A stretch of DNA of 64,000 nt, taken from assembly GCA_965221165.1 (NCBI GenBank), contig CBDCRP010000002.1, forward strand, positions 1 through 64,000, read 5' to 3'. Below, one piece after another: positions 16,998 through 26,031 of this stretch. How positions within the stretch are numbered: position 1 is the first letter of the stretch; each line of letters starts with the position of its first letter. The notes under the pieces are model-generated. The model saw only the letters and a list, made by a program, of their open reading frames with translations, was not told the DNA's origin and did no database searches. The DNA is from a bacterium. GTDB taxonomy: Bacteria > UBA8248. The translations under genes were made by a program, and so were the position numbers.

Positions 16998-18632
16998 ATG
17001 GCACAAGCCGAGGAAGGAGGAAAACCAACCTCCTCACGTGCGAACATAGGAACGGAAAAAACGTTTGGTCTCGACAAACTAGGTCTCAAGAATATCGGAA
17101 CAGTTTACCGGAATCTTCCCATCGCAGAGTTGAACGAAATGGCGGTCGCCCGGGGCGAAGGATTTCTCGCTGACAACGGCGCACTCGTGGTGCATACGGG
17201 CAACTTCTCGGGCCGTTCGCCAAAGGACAAGTTCACGGTGGACCAGGACCCTTCCAACCAGAAAATCTGGTGGGGACCGATCAACCAGAAAATATCCACT
17301 GAAAACTGGGACAACATTTTTCAGAAAATAGCCGGCTATGTCCAAAAGCGCGATCTTTTCATCTTCGACGGTTTCGTGGGAAACGACCCGCGCTACAAGC
17401 TCCCCGTGCGCGTTATTTCCGAACAGGCGTGGCACTCGATGTTCTGCCAAACCCTGCTCGTTCGCCCCAAACCCGGTGAACTGGAAAATCACGAAAACCC
17501 CTTCACGGTGATCGATATGGGCAGGTTCCTGGGAGCGGGCCCGGCCGAGGGACTCAGGCAAAATAATTTCACGCTCGTGAATTTCGAAAAAAATATGGCG
17601 CTCATCGGCGGCTCGGAATATGCCGGGGAAATGAAGAAATCCGCTTTTTTCATCATGAACTACCTGCTTCCGCAACAGGGCGTTTTCCCGATGCACTGCT
17701 CGGCGAACATGGGGCACGACGGGGACACCGCTCTTTTCTTCGGCCTCTCCGGCACGGGCAAGACCACGCTCTCCGCCGATCAGAACCGGAAACTCATCGG
17801 CGATGACGAGCACGGGTGGTCGGATTCGGGCATCTTCAATTTCGAAGGCGGATGTTATGCGAAAACCATTAATCTGACGAGAGAGGAAGAGCCCCAGATT
17901 TGGGATGCGATCCGCTTCGGCTCCGTTCTCGAAAACGTCATCGTCGACCACGACACGCGGGAGATCGATTATGACGACATGTCGATAACGGAAAATACGC
18001 GCGCCACCTACCCTACGCACTTTATTGACAATTGCGTACTCTCGGGAATGGGCGGACATCCCAAAAACATATTTTTCCTCACTTGCGACGCATTCGGCGT
18101 TTTGCCCCCCATCAGCAAGCTCACGCCCGAGCAGGCCGCCTACCACTTTCTCTCGGGATATACGGCGAAAGTGGCGGGCACCGAGGCGGGCGTCGATGAG
18201 CCGATGGCCACGTTCAGCAGTTGTTTCGGGGCGCCCTTCCTGGCCCTGCCTCCGGCCGAATACGGCGAAATGCTCAGGGACAGGCTCAAGAAGCACGGTG
18301 CGCAAGTCTGGCTCGTCAACACGGGATGGATCGGCGGAGCCGCCGGCGAGGTCGACAGAATGCCCCTGTATCATACGCGCGCGCTCCTGACGGCCGCCAT
18401 GAGCGGCGAACTCGCCAAGGTTCCCACCCAGGACGTGCCGATATTCGATCTCCATGTTCCGACCAGTTGTCCCGACGTGCCGGAGGAATTCATGGTGCCC
18501 AGGAAGCTTTGGAAAAGTTCTGAAAAATACGACCAGAAAATACGCGAGCTCGCCGGAGCGTTCCGGGAGAATTTCGAGCAGTTCGCGGACCGGGTGACGC
18601 CGGACGTCGCGGCGGCCGGCCCCAAAATCTAG
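16998..18632 (+). CDS. pckA: phosphoenolpyruvate carboxykinase (ATP)
   Basis: GRSPKDKF, YAGEMKK, FFGLSGTGKTTLS and LIGDDEHGW motifs. Confidence 0.97.
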   Translation: MAQAEEGGKPTSSRANIGTEKTFGLDKLGLKNIGTVYRNLPIAELNEMAVARGEGFLADNGALVVHTGNFSGRSPKDKFTVDQDPSNQKIWWGPINQKISTENWDNIFQKIAGYVQKRDLFIFDGFVGNDPRYKLPVRVISEQAWHSMFCQTLLVRPKPGELENHENPFTVIDMGRFLGAGPAEGLRQNNFTLVNFEKNMALIGGSEYAGEMKKSAFFIMNYLLPQQGVFPMHCSANMGHDGDTALFFGLSGTGKTTLSADQNRKLIGDDEHGWSDSGIFNFEGGCYAKTINLTREEEPQIWDAIRFGSVLENVIVDHDTREIDYDDMSITENTRATYPTHFIDNCVLSGMGGHPKNIFFLTCDAFGVLPPISKLTPEQAAYHFLSGYTAKVAGTEAGVDEPMATFSSCFGAPFLALPPAEYGEMLRDRLKKHGAQVWLVNTGWIGGAAGEVDRMPLYHTRALLTAAMSGELAKVPTQDVPIFDLHVPTSCPDVPEEFMVPRKLWKSSEKYDQKIRELAGAFRENFEQFADRVTPDVAAAGPKI

Positions 18633-18679
18633 GAGTTCATACCTGAGAGATCCACTCCCATTCAAAAGGAGGTATTCCG

Positions 18680-18865
18680 ATGCCCGTTGTTCAAGTAAGC
18701 CTGTTGTCAGGAAGGTCCAGAGAGCAGAAAAGCGCGATGGCGGATGAGATTACCGAGTCGGTTCACAAGCACTCAGGCGCCCCCAAAAACGTCATCACAG
18801 TCATATTTCAGGACATCGAGACGGATTCCTGGGCAGCGGACGGAACGCTCTTCGTGGACAAATAA
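18680..18865 (+). CDS. 4-oxalocrotonate tautomerase family protein
   Basis: 61 aa with catalytic Pro1 (MPVVQV) and GRSREQK; AGGAGG RBS. Confidence 0.92.
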   Translation: MPVVQVSLLSGRSREQKSAMADEITESVHKHSGAPKNVITVIFQDIETDSWAADGTLFVDK

Positions 18866-18899
18866 TCCCGAATATCCTTTCATGTAAGGAGGGGCCGAG

Positions 18900-19757
18900 T
18901 TGAGTACCGATAATTTCAGGCTGGCGCTTGTGCAACCGATGGGATATCCCCCGCCCGAAGATGAGAAAAACGTGGCCGACGCCGTCCGCTACGTGGAAGA
19001 CGCCGCCGCGCAGGGGGCCGATTTCGTCGCTTTCCCGGAATCGTATCCGGGTCCCTGGCGCATGCCGGCTACGTTCGACCCGACCGGGGCGATGGAAGAA
19101 GTGGGCAAGCGCTGCGGCGTTTATGTGCAATACGGAACACTCGAGCCGCTGGATGACGAGAAAAAGACGGCGCACAACCTGCTGAACCTCGCCCGCCCCG
19201 CCGGCGGTCCCTCGGGCCGCTACCGTAGAACACATCCACCCGGACCCTGGATATACACAGGCGGCGGCATCTGGGAATTCCAGTACGTCCCAGGAAACGA
19301 ATACCCTGTTTTCGAGACCCAGTACGGCCAGGTCGGCATGGCGATGTGCAGCGAAGTCTATATGCCGGAAGTCACGCGCGCCCTTTCGCTCAGGGGAGCG
19401 GAAATCATTTTCCTGCCCGCAGGCGTGGACAAGAAGAAGCTGTGGGGCACCTGGCGGAACCTCATCTGGTCGCGCGCGATAGAAAACCTGGCGATCGTCA
19501 TCACCACGCAGAACCTCTTTGAAAAGAGCCACCGAGGCCTCGCGATGGTGGCGACGCCCGAGGAAATCGTATTCGAAAGCACGAGGGCCGGCATGTTCAT
19601 GGTCGACGTGGATCTGGAGAGAATCCGCGATCTTCGCGAGCAAAGGGACGAAGTGACTTCATCGGGCAAGAACGGAGCGAAGGCCGGTGTGCTGACCCAG
19701 TGGCAAAGACCTGAACTGTACGACAAATTTTTTCCCAAAGAAGGCGCAGCCAGTTAA
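18900..19757 (+). CDS. carbon-nitrogen hydrolase (nitrilase superfamily)
   Basis: FPE catalytic Glu, MCSE catalytic Cys, GAEIIFLP and RAIEN motifs. Confidence 0.9.
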   Translation: MSTDNFRLALVQPMGYPPPEDEKNVADAVRYVEDAAAQGADFVAFPESYPGPWRMPATFDPTGAMEEVGKRCGVYVQYGTLEPLDDEKKTAHNLLNLARPAGGPSGRYRRTHPPGPWIYTGGGIWEFQYVPGNEYPVFETQYGQVGMAMCSEVYMPEVTRALSLRGAEIIFLPAGVDKKKLWGTWRNLIWSRAIENLAIVITTQNLFEKSHRGLAMVATPEEIVFESTRAGMFMVDVDLERIRDLREQRDEVTSSGKNGAKAGVLTQWQRPELYDKFFPKEGAAS

Positions 19758-19763
19758 TCCACG

Positions 19764-19800
19764 AGCACCCTCCGGGGCGCAGGCTCCGGGGGGTGTTTTT
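19764..19800 (+). terminator. intrinsic terminator
   Basis: GCACCCTCCGGGGC-GCAG-GCTCCGGGGGGTGT hairpin followed by a T-run, just after the nitrilase stop. Confidence 0.75.
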
Positions 19801-19831
19801 CACAAAACACATTTCCTCCTAGAAGATACGA

Positions 19832-20335
19832 ATGACGAACAGTAATTTCTGGCTTCTGTATGCGCATATACTGGCGGCCTGTCTGTACGAGGGCGCGCTC
19901 GTTTTCTTCTGGCTTCTCATGGGCCACTTGAGGCGCAGGCTGTCCCCTGAGGAATTCGCAGGCGAAATCACCTCCATCCTGCGCTTTTATCATCCCTTCA
20001 TCCTGATGTGTATGGGTGTGCTCATCATGACGGGCGCGTGGTATCTCACGGACCTCAAGATGGCGATGGGCCCCGATTTCGGGAAACTATTCGTGCCGCT
20101 TGGCCTCAAGCTGCTCACGGTCTTCCTGATGATGATGGGAATCAGCTTTCAATTTTTCGCGGTGGGCCTGAGACTCACGCGGGGAACGGGCCCTGCCGGG
20201 AACGGACGCCCCATCGGCGAGACGACGGATGAGCGCATGAAGCTGCTCAAAACGCTCGAGCGCGTGAACCTCGCCAACGCGGTGCTCGCCCTGTTCGCGA
20301 TTTTCTTTGGATTAGCTCTCAACAAGGGATTTTAG
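19832..20335 (+). CDS. hypothetical membrane protein (CopD/DUF4149-like four-helix topology)
   Basis: Four hydrophobic segments; the family assignment is weak. Confidence 0.7.
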   Translation: MTNSNFWLLYAHILAACLYEGALVFFWLLMGHLRRRLSPEEFAGEITSILRFYHPFILMCMGVLIMTGAWYLTDLKMAMGPDFGKLFVPLGLKLLTVFLMMMGISFQFFAVGLRLTRGTGPAGNGRPIGETTDERMKLLKTLERVNLANAVLALFAIFFGLALNKGF

Positions 20336-20456
20336 CGTGACGATTAAAGGCGATATCTAAAGTAATACTTTAGTCATACCGATGCGCCTTTGCTTTCTTT
20401 TATCCCTTTATTTATAGATGTTTATAAAATTATCGTAAAGTAGAATCAGAGGATAT

Positions 20457-21203
20457 ATGAAAGGTGCCATCGTGGCTAGTGAAGAGGAAATTGCAAGTTC
20501 GGCAAGCCGCAGGCCGATAGGCAACACTGAGGTCGCGCCCGGGCGCTGGGGAGGTTTCGAGGACGTCACGCTCTCAGGTCCCAGAACCTCTCTGGAGCCG
20601 GTCGTGGCGGATCGCGACACGCCGGATATTTTCAAGGCCGCGACCGAGGGTGAAGATACCGATCGGATATTCGACTACATGAGTGCAGGCCCTTTCTCCA
20701 GCGAGGAGCAGATGCACGCCCTGCTGGTCGAGCGGCAGGCGTCTCAGGACCCTGTTTTCGTGGTCTATCGAGACAATGCGACCGGTCGCCTCGGCGGCAT
20801 GGGCAGTTTTATGGAAATCAGGCCTACCGTCGGCGTCGCCGAGATCGGCCACATCTGGTTCGGGCGCGCCTGGCAGCGCAGTGTGCGGGCCACCGAGGTG
20901 CTCTCGCTCAAGATGCGCCACGTCCTTGAAACCCTCGACTATCGGCGGCTGGAGTGGAAATGCGACGCCTTGAACGCGGCGTCTCGCGCAGCGGCTCTGC
21001 GCCTGGGTTTTCGCTACGAGGGCATCTTCTTGAACCACATGATCGTCAAAGGCCGCAGCCGGGACACCGCCTGGTTCTCCCTCACTCAAGAGGAATGGCC
21101 CGCCGTCCGCGAGGTCCACGCCCGCTGGCTCGCGCTTGAGAATTTCGACTCCGACGGCCGGCAGAAATGCTCGCTGAGCGACCTCACCCGCGCGCTGTGG
21201 TGA
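20457..21203 (+). CDS. GNAT family N-acetyltransferase (RimJ/RimL type)
   Basis: EIGHIWF, YRRLEWKCDALNAASRAAALRLGFRYEG and GRSRDTAWFS motifs. Confidence 0.92.
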   Translation: MKGAIVASEEEIASSASRRPIGNTEVAPGRWGGFEDVTLSGPRTSLEPVVADRDTPDIFKAATEGEDTDRIFDYMSAGPFSSEEQMHALLVERQASQDPVFVVYRDNATGRLGGMGSFMEIRPTVGVAEIGHIWFGRAWQRSVRATEVLSLKMRHVLETLDYRRLEWKCDALNAASRAAALRLGFRYEGIFLNHMIVKGRSRDTAWFSLTQEEWPAVREVHARWLALENFDSDGRQKCSLSDLTRALW

Positions 21204-21271
21204 GAGCGGGCTTCCTGCGGAGGAGAAAGAGAGGCGCTAACTAGAGGGTCGAGGAAGCGCTTACTTCACCA

Positions 21272-22123
21272 TCAAGTCGAATGAGGTGCCTCGGCGGCGC
21301 ACCGAAAGCCGATGTACGCATGCCCCGTCGCCTGTCTGCCGGGCATGACGACTTCCCGGTTCGTGGCCGTCATCCCCTCGGGCGGGCTCGCCGAATTACC
21401 GCCCCGCACCACGCGCGCATCAACCGCGCTTAAGCTCTCCCGCCCGTCCTTGGGCTTGTATGGATAGTTTATCGCGAGCGAGGCCGTCCACTCCCACACC
21501 TGCCCGGCCATGTCGTTCACACCATATGGACTCGCGCCCTTGGAATAGCTCGCGACAATCGTCGTCTGGCCCCGGTAATCCCCAAGAAACAGATATTCCG
21601 CCGATGGCTTCTGGTTTCCCCACGGGTAGAGGCGGCCATCGCCTCCGCGCGCCGCTTTCTCCCACTGGGCCTCGGTGGGGAGCCTCTTTTTTTTCCAGCG
21701 GCAGTAGGCCACGGCCCCGTCCCAGGCCATTTCGCCCGCCGGATGCTTTTCAAAGCCCTTCTCGATGACCCAGGCGTCGCCCATGGGGATGATTTTGGCG
21801 TCGGGGTCGTCCGTATCCAGGTACATCTCCCCTTTCGGCCCCTCCGGGCCTTTCGCCTGAATGAAGGGGAGATAATCCGCCCATGTCACCAGATTTTGGT
21901 CGATGTAATAGGCGGAGAGAAACACGCGGTGCGCGGGTTTTTCCTCATCGGGGCCATCGTTCCGCCCCATCGTGAACGGTCCCGCCGGGATGAGAACCAT
22001 GCCTGCGTATTTGCCCTTCCCCATCCTTATTCGTGAAGCGGCATATCCGTTCTCGCCAAACACCACAGCCAGGCCGAAGGCGAGCAGAAAGATCCAAAGG
22101 TGATTTCTCATCATTTTTCTCAT
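21272..22123 (-). CDS. secreted SUMF1/FGE-sulfatase domain protein
   Basis: Signal peptide; IPAGPFTMG, RLPTEAQWEKAARG, YPWG, DMAGQVWEW and GFRC motifs. An alternative start is TTG 22156. Confidence 0.9.
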   Translation of the reverse strand: MRKMMRNHLWIFLLAFGLAVVFGENGYAASRIRMGKGKYAGMVLIPAGPFTMGRNDGPDEEKPAHRVFLSAYYIDQNLVTWADYLPFIQAKGPEGPKGEMYLDTDDPDAKIIPMGDAWVIEKGFEKHPAGEMAWDGAVAYCRWKKKRLPTEAQWEKAARGGDGRLYPWGNQKPSAEYLFLGDYRGQTTIVASYSKGASPYGVNDMAGQVWEWTASLAINYPYKPKDGRESLSAVDARVVRGGNSASPPEGMTATNREVVMPGRQATGHAYIGFRCAAEAPHST

Positions 22124-22152
22124 ACGCGCAATGCCCTCGAAATGTGGGTATC

Positions 22153-22881
22153 TCAAGCCCCGGCCTTATCCTGGGGCGGCCAGATGCGGCTCCCGGCCAG
22201 AGGAGATCCGGGGGGATGCACCAGATATCCGTGAACGCGCTTCGTCCACTCCGTCTCCTCGAGCGCGATGTAATTCTCCTCGCGCGCCTCTAAGGATGTG
22301 AACTCATACAACACGGAATGTTTTGGGGATCCCGTCGCCACCAGGTATTTTCTCGCGCCGATGCAGCCGGGCGTATCGGCAACCCCCGCCATGCGCTCCT
22401 GGGCGTAAAACGCCTCCAGATCCTCATCGTTGCCCTGCGCCTCGTAGCGGCCCATCTGCATCGCGGGCGCCATTACGTCGGAGGCTTCCCTCTTTCCTGC
22501 GTCCGGGCCGTGCACACGCCATTCCTCACAAAGGATGAGCCCCCTCGCCTGAATCCGCATTCCCACCATAGCCCGGGTTTCCTCATTTTGGCGCTCTTTT
22601 AGCTGCGCCGGGCTGGGGTCGTAGAAAACACGGGTGGATTCCCCGCCGAAGAGCGCGATGAATCCCGCCCCCGACGCGAGTTCGGGATCGTCGGTGCGAT
22701 TCAGGCGCGCCGCTATTTTCTCGAAACGCTCGCCGGGGTGTTTCACCTCGTAGTGCGCCGCCCAAGTGTAGCCCGGACGCGAGAGTTTTTCAGGAATGTG
22801 GACTCCGTGAAACCACTCCATGTATTCATCCCGCCCTTCCTCGGGCAGATCGTAGATGATCGCCCATACCGCCCTGTCCAT
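22153..22881 (-). CDS. hypothetical protein with two EthD/DUF4286-like alpha+beta barrel domains
   Basis: EYMEWFHGVHIPEKLSRPG and a second repeat AFYAQERMAGVADTPGC; start at ATG 22881 with an AGGAGG RBS. Confidence 0.7.
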   Translation of the reverse strand: MDRAVWAIIYDLPEEGRDEYMEWFHGVHIPEKLSRPGYTWAAHYEVKHPGERFEKIAARLNRTDDPELASGAGFIALFGGESTRVFYDPSPAQLKERQNEETRAMVGMRIQARGLILCEEWRVHGPDAGKREASDVMAPAMQMGRYEAQGNDEDLEAFYAQERMAGVADTPGCIGARKYLVATGSPKHSVLYEFTSLEAREENYIALEETEWTKRVHGYLVHPPGSPLAGSRIWPPQDKAGA

Positions 22882-23081
22882 GTTCCGCCTCCTTTTCCAG
22901 GAAATTGCTTGAATGAAGAAAGACTCGTTCAGTCGCCGCTGGTGTAAATTGAAAGCATCATACACAAGGAGGAAAGAATGGATACCAAGACAAAGAGTAC
23001 GTTTCAATTACTCGGGAATGAAACGGCGCAGTGATTTATCCCGCTCCACTTCAGAGAGAAAACGACGGGGGCTCGCTCTTT

Positions 23082-23429
23082 CTACACGCCAGACGCCTCG
23101 GGTTTGCGGGCAACGGCCCTGAGTTCCTGCCGGCTGAAAAGAGGTTTACAGATTTTATCCATGTGCGCCTTGAGTGGCGGATAGGTCGTCAGTTCATAGC
23201 TTTTCACGTCTACGCTGAACGGCAAGCTGCTCTCGTGAAACATGGTCCACAGACGATCGATATGCTTTTCCTCGAGAACACCGCGCAATACCAGATCGAC
23301 GTCCGAATTGGGACGATAACCGCCCGTGGCCCGTGAACCAAACAACTCGACCGAGGTGATCTCCTCGGCGTACGGCGAGAGAATCTGTTTCAGAATCGTG
23401 AGATGGCGGTTCGAGAGTCCGTGATTCAT
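23082..23429 (-). CDS. minimal nucleotidyltransferase (MNT) antitoxin
   Basis: LFGSRATG...SDVDL motif; its ATG overlaps the HEPN stop (ATGA). Confidence 0.9.
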   Translation of the reverse strand: MNHGLSNRHLTILKQILSPYAEEITSVELFGSRATGGYRPNSDVDLVLRGVLEEKHIDRLWTMFHESSLPFSVDVKSYELTTYPPLKAHMDKICKPLFSRQELRAVARKPEASGV

Positions 23430-23851
23430 GGCTGTTCCATGCTTTTTTCGAGAAATATGATATGGAGCGCGTCGAATGCTCGGAGGTAGTGTTTTCTGAT
23501 GTCTTCGATAACGGCCTCGAACCTTTTCAAATCATAGGTGTGGGACATTTTGTTGCGCGCATCCGGGACATCCATCCACGTCTGCCCATCCTCCAGTTAA
23601 TTCGCTTCAAAGGCCTTTCGTATGACGGCTCTGGGAGTGATGTATTCAAAGACAAAATTTTCACTCTCAAGATAGTCCTTCATGACCTACCAGGCGAGTT
23701 CGGTAGTGTATTCGAAGCGCTGGATGATCCCTTCTTTTTCAAGCTGGCTCGGTTCTTTTTCATCCATCATTTCGATGGCCTCGCGCAGCAGAGAAAAAGC
23801 GCGCATGTAGTTGTTGAATCGGTATAGCCGGCGCGGAGTATCGTCCGTCAC
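23426..23851 (-). pseudogene. HEPN (nucleotidyltransferase substrate-binding) toxin pseudogene with two in-frame stops
   Basis: One frame reads EKEGIIQRFEYTTELAW*VMKDYL...KAFEAN*LEDGQTWMDVPDARNKMSHTY; TAG at 23687-23689 and TAA at 23597-23599. Confidence 0.88.
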
Positions 23852-24116
23852 CAGGGTTTTCCTCTGAGCTTTGGCGGTTTCAATCCGCATTCATGTTGCA
23901 CGTCCTTGAAGACCGCAAGCGCTTCGTCAAATTGGAATCTTGCGACCCAAATCAGGCTTGTTTGTTCCAATACAACATGCTTCACGGAATGACGCGCGTC
24001 AAGTATATTGTTTCCTTATATTTTCCGGTCTATGGATTCAATGTTCGTTTCTGATAACCATTGCGCCCGGCAGAGTTTCTGCAGCCTCCGCATTCTGAAT
24101 GAGGAATTTCTCGTCT

Positions 24117-24746
24117 ATGATTTATGAAGTTCGCGCCTACACCTTCACCGCCGGCGACGCCCCCGAAGCAGTGGAGGATTTCGGCAGGATAATCGAGAGA
24201 AGAACCGCTATATCCCCTCTGGTCGGTTTTTTCGTCTCCGCCATCGGGGGGCTGAACAGAATTCTCCACATATGGGAATACGAAAATTCCGCCCATCGGG
24301 AGGCGGCGCGCGCCGAAGCCCTTGCCCAGCCGTGGTGGCCACCTCTCAAGGTGGACAAAATTATCTACCAGCAAACGAGAATCATGCGGCCGGCGCCTTT
24401 TCTCCCAAAGCCGCGGGCGGGAGCAATGGGGAGCGTGTATGAAATCAGAAGTGACGTGATGTTCACGGGTAAAATGCGGGCAATTGGTGCGGCGTGGGAG
24501 AAAAATTTACCCGAAAGGGAACGCCTCTCGCCACTGGCGGCGGCGTTCGCCAACCCGGCGGGAGAGTTCGAGTCCGGCATTCTGAACGAGTTTTTACACA
24601 TCTGGCCCTACAAAGACCTCAACCACTGGACCGAAGTGCAGAGAGAAGCCGAAAATCTCCCCGGCTGGGAGAGTGGTTACAAACCCTACCTGCGGAGTGA
24701 AATTTCGGAAATCTGGTATCCCGTGGATTATTCGCCCATGAAATAG
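24117..24746 (+). CDS. NIPSNAP family protein (two domains)
   Basis: MIYEVRAY...IGGLNRILHIWEY, a second YEIR...HIWPY repeat, and the C-terminus YSPMK. Confidence 0.9.
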   Translation: MIYEVRAYTFTAGDAPEAVEDFGRIIERRTAISPLVGFFVSAIGGLNRILHIWEYENSAHREAARAEALAQPWWPPLKVDKIIYQQTRIMRPAPFLPKPRAGAMGSVYEIRSDVMFTGKMRAIGAAWEKNLPERERLSPLAAAFANPAGEFESGILNEFLHIWPYKDLNHWTEVQREAENLPGWESGYKPYLRSEISEIWYPVDYSPMK

Positions 24747-24788
24747 CAGGGAACGCCTGTGCGCGTCCCCCGCCTTGTAATGGATATT

Positions 24789-24863
24789 TGGAGCGGGAAA
24801 CGGGATTTGAACCCGCGACCCCAACGTTGGCAACGTTGTGCTCTACCACTGAGCTATTCCCGC
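24789..24863 (-). tRNA. tRNA-Gly(GCC)
   Basis: GCGGGAATAGCTCAGTGGTAGAGCACAACGTTGCCAACGTTGGGGTCGCGGGTTCAAATCCCGTTTCCCGCTCCA: 75 nt cloverleaf, anticodon GCC, encoded CCA. Confidence 0.97.
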
Positions 24864-24936
24864 AAACGGCAACGAAGAAGTTTACCCAACTGCGATCAGG
24901 AGTCAAGGAGCGATCGGCAATTCCTCCTCACCCCTC

Positions 24937-26031
24937 TCAATCGTCCGTTTCGAGCCTCGCCGCGAGCCAATCCGCCGCGAGGGGCCGCCATAAGAAGGGA
25001 ACATTGTTGCACACGTGCACGCCTTCCGGATAAACGACGAGTTCGGCGGCACCGCCTGCCTCCCCGACTATCTTGTGGGCCTGCTCCACGGGGCACAGCC
25101 TGTCTCGTGCGCCATGAATGATCAGCAAGGGACGCTCCAGACCGCTCAGAAGCCCGCGCATGGAAATCTCTTGCGATTTGAGGGCGGCTTGTTCCTCGTT
25201 CTCCGTTTGAAAGGAGACGCAGACTCCCTGGCGGGTCAGTGTGGGCAAGCCCTCCCATATCTCCACCATGTCGTATGGCCCGCATACGCCGACCCCGGCT
25301 TTCAGGCGAGGTTCCAGGGCCAGACTGCGGGGTGCGTAGTAACCGCCCAGGCTCACCCCCAGGACCCCGATGCGGGATGAATCCAGCCGGGTATCGGCGC
25401 TCAGATGATCCATGACCACGGAGACCACGTTTTCGAAATCGGGACGCATCTGCATGTCGGCGTTTTCTCCCTGGGCGGGGCCATCGAAGGCGAAAGTCGC
25501 CATTCCCCGCTTGTGGAGAACCTCTTCGAGCGTATGGAACTCCTCTTTTGTGGAATCGAGGCCCGAGACCAGGACGACGCACGGGGAGCCGCCATTTTTC
25601 TTGGCCTGGTCGGGTATTCGCAAAATGCCCGGCAAGATTCTTCCGGTAGAAGCGGGATAAGGAATCTCCACGCGCTCGGCGGGTGGGTCCAGATACGGCG
25701 ACGCGAGGAGATAGGCCGCTACCTTCCTCTTTTGCGCCTCCGCCTTGAGTTCCAAATCCTCATGATAGACGAACTGGGCGAAATGATACGCAAGGGAGGC
25801 TCTTACGTAGGCTTCGGCCGCGCTCATTCTCCTGCCCGCCTTTTCCATCTCCCGGGCTTCGCGCTCGCGAACCGCTGCGCGCTCCATCCAAAGACGGCAC
25901 CATTCGTGCCAGGAACGCACCTGGGGAATGACTTCCGAGGCGTCCATGTATGAAATGCCATTCGCCAGGAGGCGAACATACCAGTTCGAGAGCGCCTCTT
26001 GTGTAAGCGCATCGGCTGAGGAGTCACTCAA
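24937..26031 (-). CDS. alpha/beta hydrolase (2,6-dihydroxypseudooxynicotine hydrolase/FrsA-like)
   Basis: GLDSTKEE, FDGPAQGE, GVSLGGY nucleophile elbow and EGVHVCNN motifs. Confidence 0.88.
   Translation of the reverse strand: MSDSSADALTQEALSNWYVRLLANGISYMDASEVIPQVRSWHEWCRLWMERAAVREREAREMEKAGRRMSAAEAYVRASLAYHFAQFVYHEDLELKAEAQKRKVAAYLLASPYLDPPAERVEIPYPASTGRILPGILRIPDQAKKNGGSPCVVLVSGLDSTKEEFHTLEEVLHKRGMATFAFDGPAQGENADMQMRPDFENVVSVVMDHLSADTRLDSSRIGVLGVSLGGYYAPRSLALEPRLKAGVGVCGPYDMVEIWEGLPTLTRQGVCVSFQTENEEQAALKSQEISMRGLLSGLERPLLIIHGARDRLCPVEQAHKIVGEAGGAAELVVYPEGVHVCNNVPFLWRPLAADWLAARLETDD

Noticed and set aside
17079-18665. Long antisense ORFs (for example 528 aa opposite pckA, and many similar)
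   Set aside because: Shadow ORFs expected from high-GC codon bias opposite well-supported genes.
23597-23689. Pyrrolysine or stop-codon readthrough in the HEPN gene
   Set aside because: There are two different stops (TAG and TAA) at non-catalytic positions, and TAG/TAA are normal stops elsewhere in the window.
20340-24863. Genomic island integrated at tRNA-Gly
   Set aside because: Accessory-type genes lie at the tRNA 3' end, but I found no integrase and no duplicated tRNA 3' sequence (att site).
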